Part shown: positions 37,192-49,600 of the stretch, piece by piece
Numbering within the stretch: position 1 is the first letter of the stretch
How the letters are laid out: each line of letters begins with the position of its first letter
NCBI RefSeq assembly: GCF_041956535.1
Contig: NW_027192204.1
Coordinates: 561,140 to 625,139, forward strand
Source of the DNA: Calcarisporiella thermophila CBS 279.70
Lineage: Eukaryota; Fungi; Calcarisporiellomycota
Direction: 5' to 3'
DNA length: 64,000 nucleotides
The notes under the pieces: model-generated
The model's database searches: none
What the model was told of the DNA's origin: nothing
Seen by the model: only the letters and a program-made list of their open reading frames with translations
Program-made: the position numbers and the translations under genes

Positions 37192-38166
37192 CTACCCCGG
37201 ATATGCGTAGATTCTCTCGTGCTTACCTCCGGGCTTGAAATATTCCCTTACATGTTGTTGATCATAGAGATGTTCATAGAGCTTCAACACATTGGGTGCA
37301 TACTTTTCAAAGATCTCGAACTTCCCACATACTCTTCCAATGCGATGCACCCAGAGAAACATATGCAGGTCGGCTACGGATACTCTTCCCCCACCCAGAT
37401 AAGTGTCCTTTTCTCCAAGTTGCCGGCTCAAGTATCCAAGCCGTTTAGGAAGGAAAGTGTTGAAAAAATAGTCGGCCTTTGCGTAGGATCCTGGATGACG
37501 TGGATCTCGATGCATTGGACCGTACAAAGGCCAGAGGTCTTGCCATGCATCATTCATCATATCGACGTATGCTGGTTCGTGCTCAGAGGTCAAGTCGCCC
37601 ATAAGTCCAAGCCGACGACGTAGCGAGTTATCGCACCAGATTCGGCAAGCCTATAGAAAGTAATTAAAAAGCCTTGCCGGTGGAAGCTGAAAAAAATGAG
37701 GTATCACTTGAACTCCTAATATAAGAAATGAAAGTCGGGGAAGAGTGCAATCGTATCCGCATAATATCCTATCTATACCTGGCCATTCTTATGCTCCACC
37801 AAAACTGGGATATAACCAAGGGGTGTTTCTTCCTTCAAAGTATTAAGCCATTCACTTTTCTCAGGAGCTTCATCATCCCAATCCTATACACAGTGATGAA
37901 TGCCATTCCGAGAATTTACTGTTCAAATATATCTGGCATCTCTACCTCAATCACCACATCTTCATAATCAGCCTATACAACTCCAGGTTAGCCTAATAAC
38001 AAATTATAACGTAGAAGAATATCACACCTTTGAATACTCGAGTATGAATCGTGGTAATTCTCCCTAGTATTTCCAAAAAAAAATTAATAAATAAAATGAG
38101 ATTTTGTGGCCTTAATTTATTCACCCGAGCATGGAGGTTGAAATAGTGAATTTCATAACGTGACAT
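37192..38166 (-). CDS. Glutathione S-transferase, paralogue B, multi-exon
   Basis: MSRYEIHYFNLHAR-GELPRFILEY, PLGYIPVL, LAESGAITRY, SVADL. The shared MHRxPRHPG motif and exon layout match paralogue A. Confidence 0.85.
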
Positions 38167-38542
38167 TTTTTTTTGCTTCAGTTAAAAGAAACCTTCCAAA
38201 TCTCCTTCTGTAACCTTTTGTCGTGACGTGCCTTGTATGGTCGAGTTTGAACTGACTTATACTTTGCCACACTATCATTCATTTAACTGTCCGTGCGGAT
38301 AGCTCGGATATTTAATCAATATTTTCAGCTGTTCCCTGGATAAGCTGGTAGCTCTCTAAACAACAATTTCCATCCTGCGTCATGTCATAAGCTCTAACAA
38401 CCAACCCTCCATGAAATTTTGAGCGCCAATTATCGCATCTCGAGATACTTCTTGACGTTTTGATACCATTCGCTATCTGATTGAGCTTCACATTTTCTTT
38501 TTCATTTATTAATCTCTTCTCTAAATATTCACCTAAAAAACC

Positions 38543-40989
38543 ATGCCAACAACTCCTCCACCCTTTACTTTCGACTTGCTCTCTGCTCTTCAGTTCACCG
38601 GCTCTCTTTTCACAGTTCTAATTCTTTTGATCTCCTTGCGTCCCTCCTGGCTATTTGCAGTAAGTGGCACCATTTCTGCCTGTGCTGATGCCGCGGGTTG
38701 CAGATTACCAGGTTTGAGCGGTGGAGCCAAAAATGCTACTCGTGAGTGGAAAGACGTACAGGATGTGCAGGATGTGGAAGATCTGTTGCGAGATTGGTCT
38801 GATAACGAAATCGGTACACCTTCTTTATTCGCAGATTAATGACGATATATTTTTTAATGTGGAATAATCATTACATTTTTATAATAGATCGTGCGATTGT
38901 TTATGGACTTGTAAATACTGGAAACAGCTGTTTTATGAACTCTGTTCTTCAGGTTCGTATTTATAATCATCGCCTCTCTTATCTATTTATTTATCTGTAT
39001 TTTCATTTCAAGGCCTTGGCATCCCTAAATCTCTTAAAGCCGTTTCTAAACGATCTTGCACAGCAGTCGACAAACCAGCCCAATATATCTGTTTCAGAAG
39101 CTCTTGCCGATACGTTGAAATGTGAGTTTTTTTGGTGTAGAAAGTGAGGTTATGATTATCTAATTTTTTCTCTTTCAGATTTAAATACACCTGTGAAAAA
39201 ACGAAAAGCTTTCCAGCCTCGAAAAATAGTTGCTGCATTGATTAATGGCAATCGGCGGCTATTGAACCATAGCCAGCAGGTGAGATAGGATTGTGCTTGT
39301 AAATTATGGATTGTATCTAATAGTAAGCTGTATATACCTATTATTAGGACGCACAAGAGTTCTTTCAAATCATTTCTTCTGCACTTAGCACAGAAGAATA
39401 CCAGCTCTCACGCCGCATCAACTCCCTTCTGGATCATGAATGCGTGAAAACTCTTGCAATTCAGTCGAAAAACGAGAAACTATCCTTCACGAAGCGCCCA
39501 GTTCCAAAATATTCGTTCAAGCGAAATCCTCTTATTGGATTACTCGCAAGTCGATTATCTTGTGTAGAATGCGGCTATACTGAAGCAATTCGACATTTTA
39601 CATTTGACAATATCCAATTAAGCCTTCCACCAAGGGTAACATTTAACTGCAATTTTTCGATAAAGTTCTAGTAATTTGTTAATTCAATTTCGTTTTTAGT
39701 CTGCGTGCACATTGGAAGAATGCTTTGAGTCCTACATCACCGTTGAACATCTTCACGACGTCATTTGCCGCAAATGCTCACTGGTAGCCACTCTTCGACG
39801 ACTTGACTCGGAGGTAGAAAAACTTCGCTCTCTCGCACCAGCCAAAGCGCGCAAGCTTGCCAAGGTGACTCGTAGGCGCGACCGAGTGCTCAGTTTGCTT
39901 CGTACAAATATAGAAGGGGACCTCGAGGATGTTCCGCTGGTAAAAATTGTAAGCAAGCACGCAACCAAACAGGTGATGCTAGCAAAGCCGCCTCCTATCT
40001 TGTGTCTCCATATTAACCGATCGACCGTGGCCCGCAATGGAATGATCGTCAAGAATGGCTGTGAAGTAGAGTTTCCAGAATATTTGGATTTAACCCCGTT
40101 CTGCACGACAGGAGAGCTTCTCATGTCTCCCACCGCGCCTATATCCCAAGCATTTCCTCCCAAGGCTGTCGAGGAGACATCCAATAAGAGTAGGGAATTA
40201 TATCGGTTACAAGCCATCGTTGTACATTTCGGTGGGCACAATTTTGGACACTATATTGCATATCGCCGTCGGCCAGAGTCGTGGAAACGGGGAGGAGAGA
40301 AGTTACGGGAAAATACAGAAGAGGAGGATGAAGAAGAAGAGAGTGGCCCCGGCTGGTTCCGGATATCAGATGAGCAGGTGGAAAGGTGTACCCTTGAAGA
40401 CGTGTTCCTTGCAAACCCATATATGCTTCTCTATGAACGAGTAATACCCCCGGAGCCCACACTTGAGACTGCTGTACAAGAGGAGCAGCCAGTGACAGGT
40501 ACTGCAGAATTTGGTCAACATCTTGAAGTTTTAAAGGTGGGTGAGGGTCACCCTTTTCAACTTGTAAATGGCACTACTGTTGAAAGTAAAGGTGCAACCG
40601 GAGAACTAAGAAGAAGCTCACAATTGAGCGAGAGCAATGCTACACCTGAGGCTTTGCAGGAGCATAGTTATACCGCCCCTCCTCCACGGCCCCGATCTTC
40701 CTCGTCCAGCTCTTTACCACGATTGATCTCCTCTTTTTCTTATCCTCTACAAAACTCATCCCCCCTTGCTGCACCTAGACACCGACCATCATCGCATCCT
40801 TCCGCCTTTTCCTCTGCGAACGAGGAGATCCCTTCCGAGTCAAGCCTCCCTCCTTCAACAAACTCGAGCGAAAATCCACAGATCTTTGAGAATAAACGGC
40901 GCCGCGCAAGCTTTCAAGCTATGTACTATACACGAGACAGAGAACGGGAGTTGACGCGAGTTGCGGATGGGCCAGTGATCGCCTATTAA
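38543..40989 (+). CDS. Ubiquitin C-terminal hydrolase with an N-terminal TM anchor (UBP1/USP30-like), multi-exon
   Basis: N-terminal hydrophobic helix, Cys box GLVNTGNSCFMNSVLQAL, QQDAQEF, His box VVHFGGHNFGHYIAYRR, WFRISD and YMLLYE. Confidence 0.88.
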
Positions 40990-41344
40990 ATACAAATATG
41001 AAATTGTGGTTTTTTTGTCCTAAGTGCGCGTGTATAGTGTGCGTGTATTACCCGCCTCTTTCTTACCTTTTTATTTGATTGTGCTCTTTTCCTTTTATTT
41101 TTGTTTCCTTGCATACACTTTTCTTTCTTCAAAAAGCTTCCTACCTTATATTTTATTTTATTATTTTTTATTTTCTATTTCCTACTCTCTTTTCTATTTT
41201 CTATTTCTTATATATGCTATTTTCATTAATTAATGAATCGTATTCACCTTAGAATAAAATCGTGACTGTGTATTTTCATTTCTCTAAATATTTACTCTTC
41301 GTTGACATCTCCGCATCCCTCTTTCACTTAAATAGAAAAATAGC

Positions 41345-42406
41345 ATGACCGCATTCACAACAAGTGCATTTGCCGAAGCACAGCTGTCAAAATACGGCTG
41401 GTCAAAGTAAGTGCACCTCAGTGTCTTTACCCAACGGAGTTTAGAATGATTTTGTCAATGTAATCAGGGGACAAGGACTAGGCAAGAATCGAGATGGAAT
41501 AAAAAAGGCAATATCAGTTTCCCAGAAACAAGATACTAAAGGTGTTGGATCCGAGACCGATTGGGGATTTGCTTGGTGGGACCACCTTTATAACAAGAGC
41601 ACAAGTAAGATTCAGGTGGAGAAAGATGGAGAGGAAATCGTAGTGAAGAAGAAGGGTGGTAGTGCGAAAGTAAAGAAGAATGGGCCAGCAGATACAATAA
41701 GTGGGGACCAGTCGCCAGAAGCAAGTGAGGACGCTGAAGAGCAAGAACCAGTAGAGGCCAGCACTATTGCCAGCATTATTAGAACCAAACTATACAGCAC
41801 TTTTGTCAAATCCTCAGTTTCACTCAATGAGTATGTATATCTGTTTGGCCATCCCACCTAGGAGAATTGTTTAGCTGATATGTTTGTTTTAGTCCTTCAA
41901 CTCCAAAATTGGAGGAGAACGAGGAAGATGACGACGATAAGCGAGATTACAGCATCAAGATTACCGATGAGGAGCTATTGGCCGCATGCGAAGGCCGTAC
42001 TGCGAGAAAAGGCGCGAGAGGAGAGCAGGATGGAAAGCTAGCCAGAGTCATGGGAGAAGTTTTAGCGGCAAGGTCCAAAGATAACGATATTGTAGTAAAA
42101 AGGAAGCGGGAGGAAGAGGAGGAAGAGGAGAGCGGGAAGAAAAGAACGAAGTCAGAAGATAGCGAAGAAAGTGGAGAAACAGTGAAGCCGAGAAAAAAAC
42201 GGAAAGAAAAAAAGGAGAAGAAGGAGAAAAAACAGGAAAAGGAAGAGAAGAAGAAGAAAGAAAAGAAAAAAGCGAAAAAGGAAAAGGAAAAGGACGCAGA
42301 ACTAGAGGGCAAGGAGAGTAAGAAGAAGCTGAAGAAAAAAGAGAGTGATAAATCCGAGGACAAGACTCTGAAGAAGAAAAAGAAGAGAGAAAAGGAGAAG
42401 AGCTGA
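41345..42406 (+). CDS. G-patch domain nucleolar protein (GPATCH4/Tma23-like), 2 introns
   Basis: FAEAQLSKYGWSK-GQGLGKNRDGI, GVG...WWDHLYN, TDEELLAACEGRTARKGAR, and a KKE-rich tail. Confidence 0.85.
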
Positions 42407-42589
42407 GGACACTGAAACTATTTAACTATTATATCGCCTGTAATTATTCCCTCTTTATATTGAACACCATTTTATTATATCATAGAAAGATATTACAGTT
42501 CATATGCATTTGCAGTGCACAAGCGTCGATAGATAGCAGGAGAAATGATATTGGTACATTGATTAAGTTCAGGAAGATACATACTATAT

Positions 42590-43084
42590 TTACTCTGTCC
42601 GTAAAACGTCCACCAGCATTAGCATTACGCCTACCAGGACACTTAATAACATCATAATCAAACAAGCCTTTGCCCATGCTCGTTCAAATGGGTTCATCGA
42701 GGATAAATAGCAACACGCACCAATGCACCAGAGAATAGGACATGGCCTACTCGGAAGAGTTAAACTTGGGTTCTCTATATCAAATATTTAGTCTACTGAC
42801 CATCCAAGCAGAAATAACAGTGCAGCCATCGGAAAGCTTGAAAACTCTCTCACTCGACGCTCTGCTTCGATGTCGGGGATCCTCATAATATATATACCAT
42901 ACTGCGGCTGAGTTTGTTGCGGTAAAGGAGGTGGGAAGGAGGTGACAAGGTGCTGGGAAGGATGCGAAGGGATTGAACCAGTAAGAGGGGATTCCTCCGT
43001 TGGAACATAAGGGGGAGGGTGATCCTCAGCCGCGCTCAAGTCTGCAGGAGAGGGAGCTGTGGGTTTAGGGGTGCGATCGGCCAT
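42590..43084 (-). CDS. Small PPxY-containing, Cys-rich membrane protein (intron 42747-42800)
   Basis: MADRTPK...HPPPYVP...MAALLFLLGW-PCPILWCIGACCYL...AWAKACLIMMLLSVLVGVMLML. The GT-AG intron splices in frame. Confidence 0.7.
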
Positions 43085-43556
43085 GGAACGGATGGTTTGT
43101 GCTGAGATTCTTGCAATCAAGTTCCGCCAAGAGTGGCTCTTCGTCAGCGCACAATGACGAGTTTTTTAACTTTTTCCCAACGAGTGGAGTGTGGCTTGTG
43201 ACTACCAGCTCGATTACTCGAATTGGTGATCGAGATAATGAAAAATGTGCAACCGAAAAAAAGCGATTAATGAAAAGCTTGTTTTCGAGCGGTATATTGT
43301 TGAGAGTTAAAAAGTATTTCTTGATTTCCGCCCCCGTCCACACGCCTTTTCATCTCATTCATCTCCTGTAACTATCGAAGGATCCTACGGAGTCTACGTC
43401 TCTCCTTTTCATATTACTCCTTCTCTTCTTTGCCGCCCTCCCCTTCTCACTCTATTTCGCGCTTCATAGCTCTTCGTTTTTCGTTACCTATTTTTATGCT
43501 TGTTCGTATTGTCTAGACAAAACCTTTATTTAACTGATTGTTCTCTTATTTATAAT

Positions 43557-45425
43557 ATGGTCTGTATCCGACATATCCTCCTCCTAACCGCCTTTTCTTC
43601 GTTGGCCACGGTGACCTTCTGCAACAGAGTGGATAATGGCGTGACCGCGGCAGGCATTGAACGTAGAGGCCTCCTGAATGTAAGTAGAATTACCCCATTT
43701 CTAATCTCATGTCTCGGTCAAGCTTATATTTGTATCATCTGCTTCTAGGATCTCTTGGGAGGTGGCGACGGTAACAAGCAAAAGGGTGGAGGTTTGGTTG
43801 ACGCACTCTTGGGAGGAGGCGATAAGAAAGACGAAGGTGGTGAAGATGATAATAGGAAGAACAATGGTGAAGATAAGAAGAACATCGAGGAAGGAAACAA
43901 AAGTGAAGTCAAGAGCCCAGATAACAACAAGAATAGCGGTGAAAATGGTCAAGAGAATCCCAAGGAATCCGAAAAACAAGTTCAAAACGATAAGCCTGAA
44001 AAGAAGAATAATGATAACGCGACTCAACAACCGGAACAACCGGAACAACCGCAGGATCAAGGCCAAATCCAACAAAAAGAGAAACAAGTAGACAAGCAGG
44101 AGCAACCGCAACAAGATCAAAATAAAGTGGATACTCCAAAAGAGCAAGACCCCAAACCAGATAAAGAGGAGAACGCTCCGCAGCAGACCCTCCCAGATCA
44201 ACAGGGAAACAAGCAAGATCCAAAGGGGGACGGACAGCAAGGAAATGTGCCGAACCAGGTTGAACCAGCAAACCCTAATGAGCAGAAAGAACAGCAACAA
44301 AATGAAAACCAAAATGAGCCTGCTGAAAAAACCAATGTTCCTACCGATACCTTAACTTCGAATGCTGGCCCATCCGAAACCCAGGTTCCGGCTCAAAATC
44401 CTACTTCAACTGACCCAACTTCTGTTCAAGACCCTACTCCTTCCTTTACTTCAACTACATCCAGTATTGCCACTGAGGCTGCTAGTTCATCCCCATCTGC
44501 TACCGCTGTCTCAACGGAGTCCATTGGATCCTCCTCTGCTACCTTGACTCCTAGCTCAGATGCTTTTGATGCCAAGCAATCCTACGCTACCTGGCTCCCC
44601 TCGACGCTTTTGCTTCAGCCAACTCCTTCCGACGCTAGTGGAATCGCCAACTCTCCGTCCACAACGCCTAAACCGCAACAGCTTCCCGAAAGCATTGTAC
44701 CTAATCCAAATGCAGCCGTCGATCCGAAATCTGCGACTGTAGCTGTAAAACTCAAAGGTATCTCATATGCTCAAGTCTGCCAAGACCCGATACTTGCTGC
44801 ACAAATTGTTCATTGGTTCCCAGACGAGATATCCGCCGCCATTGGAGTTCCTGCTTCGAAAATTGTAATTTTGAGCATCAGCGAGGCAATCCCTAGACGC
44901 CGAAGACGAATGCTAAAGCGTGATGGCGATGCAAATACAAACGGAATCATAGTGAATTTTGCTGTTCCCCAAGAAGCTGTGTTCTCCCTTTCTACGGCGA
45001 TCGAGAACTCAAGCAGCTCGCTTTATCAAGGTTCGAATAATAAGATTGGCAAATATATCGACCGGAGCTATGCGCTTGCGCTGACCAACACTGATCGTAA
45101 ATTTCTTTGCACTTCATTTCTTTTAAACAAAACTAACTCGGCTCATGTCCATTTCAAACTAGAATCTACCTTGAAGAGCTTTCCTATCAACTCTGCCCAG
45201 CAATCCTCGGAGGAAGCCAATTCTGTCCCTAATAAAGGGATAATAATTGGGGTCACTGTGGCTGTTGGAACTATAGCCTATGCAGGACTTACTGCCATTG
45301 TGATCCAAGTATATAAACGAAGAAAGCAACGGCAGGATGGCAAAAAGAATAAAAGTGTGAGAGGAGAGATTTCTGGGCCGATGATGCAAGAAAACTCTCT
45401 TGGTTGGTCTAACTCTCGACTCTAG
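43557..45425 (+). CDS. MSB2: Signalling mucin, MSB2/HKR1-like (introns ~43680-43748 and probably 45097-45162)
   Basis: Signal peptide, Q/N-rich then S/T-rich ectodomain, juxtamembrane AAQIVHWFP domain, a single TM, basic YKRRK and the diagnostic tail ISGPMMQENSLGW. Confidence 0.78.
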
Positions 45426-46610
45426 AATTATTTTGTTTACTCGTTTAAATTATCTATTTTAATACTCTGGTTTGTTTTCTCTGCATCCGTTCCTTATACT
45501 TCTATTTTCGACTATTGTTTGTTTTAGTGCGCTATAGCCCTTCCTTTATTAATCGCCAACCCTTCGTATACTTATTCATTAAAATCGAAATTCCCTTTGA
45601 TACCAGACAAGAATGCGAAACCTGCCGAAAATATAAAGCTCCAAAGTGACCAGCAGTGTGAGCAAGCTACCTTTAATCCTGTGTTTACTATTCTGATTTG
45701 GGTTGAAATATGGGGAATATAATATATTCCCCAGCATATTATGCTGGGCGATTCCCAGAAGGACACCGGTTGTGTCCAAAACTTCTCTTCAAATAAATGC
45801 ATGGGTGAAACGGAGTGCGTCAATAAATGCTCATTTCTTGTAGGTATAGCTTCCACAAAATCGAAATGTGGAATGTTGTTTTATATGCACGCTAAGAAAG
45901 CGCGTGAACTATTTCACGCGCTGATGGCAATAAAATGCCATGCCCCACTGATGTTTATTAGCTTGGATGCATTTTGTAAATGGAAAATCTAGCAAAAGAT
46001 TGGTAGTCTTTTCCATAAGCAGAGTTATATCGTTTAAAGTACATAGGCCATGGAGTCAGCCCTCCTGCACTGCTCACTTGTATAGTAGACATACCGAATG
46101 TATTGTATATCAACTGCACAGGCTCGTTACAGCTCTACCTTTGTCTTCATATACCGCTAGTACTTACCTACAATATTGGCGTGCAAATGTGAGCACCATT
46201 TACCAAGATGGCATTAAGACACAATTATTGCGTTTAACATATGCATTTGACACGCACCCTCTTAATGTAATGAAAACCTATTTTAGTATCATTTGCAGCA
46301 AACTAAATGGGTATTCCAATCAGAAGTACGTTAACGGCAATACTTTCGTCTCACAATTCTATAGAGAAATAGGTAGCACTAAAGTCAATTTTAAACTCAT
46401 GACTGCGAGCGAGCATAAGATGTCTGATACTCCCAATGGCTTTGGGTTTTAGTATGAAGTAAAGCCTAATTGTTTTATGAATTCCATACATTAATCGCGG
46501 GCTTTGCCCTCTTCTTCAACATTAACGCGTAATTTTATCCATAACTCCCTATATTTTTATTTCGATTTGCCTGATGATACATCTTTAAGCGGTTTCCAGT
46601 TCCCCATTCG

Positions 46611-49600
46611 ATGCAGGGTATTTTAGAGATTTCAATGATGAGATTTGACAAGGTCACTCACTCACAAGTTCCCATGCTAGCTCGTCTATCTTTTCTAGTT
46701 CCTGCAGATCAAATAAAGTTCGAGCAACTGTTTGCTCATGCTGTGACGCCAGGGGAGCGGTACATCTCAGGTATATGCTCGTGCCGATCGCAAAGATCCA
46801 GCAGACGAAATCTGTAATGGTATTGGTGATAGAATTCCTAACGTCTATTATATTATAGGGCCAGCTGCACGCGAAATTCTCTTGCGATCTAATCTGCCAG
46901 GAGATGTTCTTGCAAAAATATGGTACGTATTTTAATAGATATTCCAAGAGCCTAGCCTTCTGTAATTTTTTTTCTGGAAAAAAAATTTAGGGTTTTATCC
47001 AATGTAACTCATTCAGGGAGTTTGACATTCCCTGAATTTGCCCTCGCCATGTACTTGACCTCCCAAAAACTTCAAGGAAAAGAACTTCCACAACTGCTCC
47101 CCGATGCGCTTGCAAATGAGGTAAGAGCCGCAATTCAAAAATCCTCTGAGAGCCAGCCTATTGGTACCATGGGAGGGTTTTATCCTCCAACTGCGGTTGT
47201 TTCCGCAGTAAAACCGTTGCAATACCCATATGTCCCATCAGTTGCGTCGTCCGTAACTTCGTCGGTACCAAGTTCACCAACGACGTTGGCATCGCCTGCA
47301 TCAACCCTCAGTTCGGATCATATGGACTTTGTACACAAAATGCTCCCTCCTCGTCTTCACTACAATGCAATACAGAGCATGCAACCGCAATCACAATTTT
47401 GGACACCGAAAACACGCACATCTTCTTCACAATCACTCTCTGGCATTCCACACGAAGAGCGCTTACGTTACAAGCAACTTTTCACAGCATGGGATCAAAA
47501 TAAGAGTGGCTATTTGTCTGGTATATCATAAAGCTTTTTTATACATATATTATAAAGCTTTTTGATTCGGCGATGGCTTATACTTATTAATGTGTATGTG
47601 ATCTGCAGGTGACAAGGCCAAGGAGATTTTCTCGCAATCTGGACTTCCTCAGCACGAGTTAATGAGAATTTGGTATATTGGACTTGGATTGACTATTTTC
47701 TGCAGAGTCATTTAACTTAACCAAATTCGCTTGTCCTCCTATTCAGGAATTTGGCCGATTCAAATAACCGTGGAAAACTCAACCAAGCAGAGTTTGACGT
47801 TGCGATGTATCTTATATATCGTCGTCTCAATGGAGGAGAGATCCCAACCGTCCTTCCGCCCAATCTAGTACCACCAGCGACTCATGATCTACAAGAGAGC
47901 GTGGACCTTGTTAAAATGATGTTTTCTTCCGATCGCTCTTCTACCGGCGATAGTCGGCGATCCTCTTTAAGTGTCCATGGGAGTGGGATGTCCGGTGCTG
48001 AGCGACCCGCATCTGCCCCGACATTAAGAGACGATCGCGTCGAGGAAGAAGAGGGTTTATTCAATAGGCGAATGGCACTAGGCTCACGGGCATTCACGCC
48101 AGTGTTTGGTACGGAGAACCCAACCTCTGAAGTCGATGCAACACGTCCAATTTCCGGGGCTTCCGTTTCCAAATTCGGTGTAGATACTTCAAATGCGCAA
48201 GCAAAACGGCGACAGCGGGTCGAGCACTTACAAGAGCAAATCAATGAACAGGAGGCCATTGTTTCCGCCTTGACAAATCAAACTAAAGATTTTCCTCCCC
48301 CCTTCCTTTCCCCTGCAGATAAGCACGAAATAGAAGAGCTAAAGCACCAGATACGCTTGCTCCATGTGAAAGCGAACAGAAAGGCGGAGTTCACAAAACT
48401 AAAAGAGCGCTCAAGTATTTTGGGACGTGAGATTGAGAACCATTTGAAAGACCTGCACCAGATAATCAAAGAGGTACAAGACACTGAACTAGAAATTGTG
48501 GAAAAGAAAAGGGAACTATGTCAGGCTAAATACGGGAAAGCAAAGCCGTGGGAGGATAACGAAGCAATGACAGAACAAGAACGTGTACGAGCCAAGGCGC
48601 AAGCGATGCTGGCTGCTCGGCTAGCGCGCCTTACCGGACAGGTTCCTCCTTCAGCTGCCGAGTGTCAAGCGTTGGAGGAGCAGGAATCACGAATTGCTGA
48701 AGAGCAAAACACGCGTACTATTGAGCTAAAAAAAGTGGAGCACGAGTTGGGGGTATTGAGGAGGATTACGTCCGATTTACGAGAAGAAATATCCCAAGCT
48801 AAGTCGGATACAGGTGATGGATTTAAAGCAGTGTATAGTGAGACGAAAGAGTTCTTGGAAGAGCTGCAATATGGAGTAGATAATGGTGAGATTGAAGAGT
48901 TTATGGAGCGATTCCCCGCCGACCCGACAGAGGCTGCAGAGGTGAGGTTACCAAGTGAAGGGTTGGAATTTGACGAATTCGCGTCGAGATTTCCAGTTGC
49001 TTCTGAATTGATAAATCCACTTGAGAATGGAGCTGAGACAAAATCCTCGGCTCCTGCATCTACAATCCAACCTACCCTTTCTCCTCCCCTATCAACACCG
49101 CCTCCCGCTTCAGATCCTTCCCCAGCATTACAATTTTTGCAAGGACGTGTTGCAAGTGGAGAGACGGCAAGACCTATAAAGAGCAGCTTTGTGCACGAAG
49201 CAACGAGCAGTGCGTCTCCAGACACGATACCGCCGTTAAAAGGACCTTATGTGCCCGCGCGAAAATTCAACGAGGTGGAGTTGAAACAACCACCGCTGTC
49301 ATCCACATCCAAAAAAGCTCCTCCCTCTATTCCTCGTGATCCCCAAACGTCTACTACGCTTGCTGATAGGAACGCTGGTAATAGAAGTCCGGAGATGGAA
49401 GAAAAACCTTTTTCTTCCATACGCAAAACTCCAACTTCTACAGAGGAGAAGGATAATGCAGCGGAGCCAGCAATAAGCGTGCGAGACAAAGTGCGGCAGA
49501 TAGAGCGCGACTCTTCGCGGGAAAAGTCAACGTCACAGGTAAAAGTCCGAGCTTTTGGCGTCGTCAAGTCGGAACTTGCTACTTCTCCGCAAGTTCAACG

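Noticed and set aside
41947-42363. Phe/Ser/Leu-rich 'membrane' ORFs antisense to Lys/Glu-rich exons (also 43707-44312, 54030-54581)
   Set aside because: Reverse complements of purine-rich low-complexity coding sequence.
3976-43084. Apparent cluster of ubiquitin-system genes (HECT E3, two USPs, PPxY proteins)
   Set aside because: Large common families dispersed among unrelated genes. No evidence of a functional cluster.
45411-45425. C-terminal SRL (PTS1-like) on the MSB2-like protein
   Set aside because: The protein has a signal peptide and a TM, so the tripeptide is most likely coincidental.
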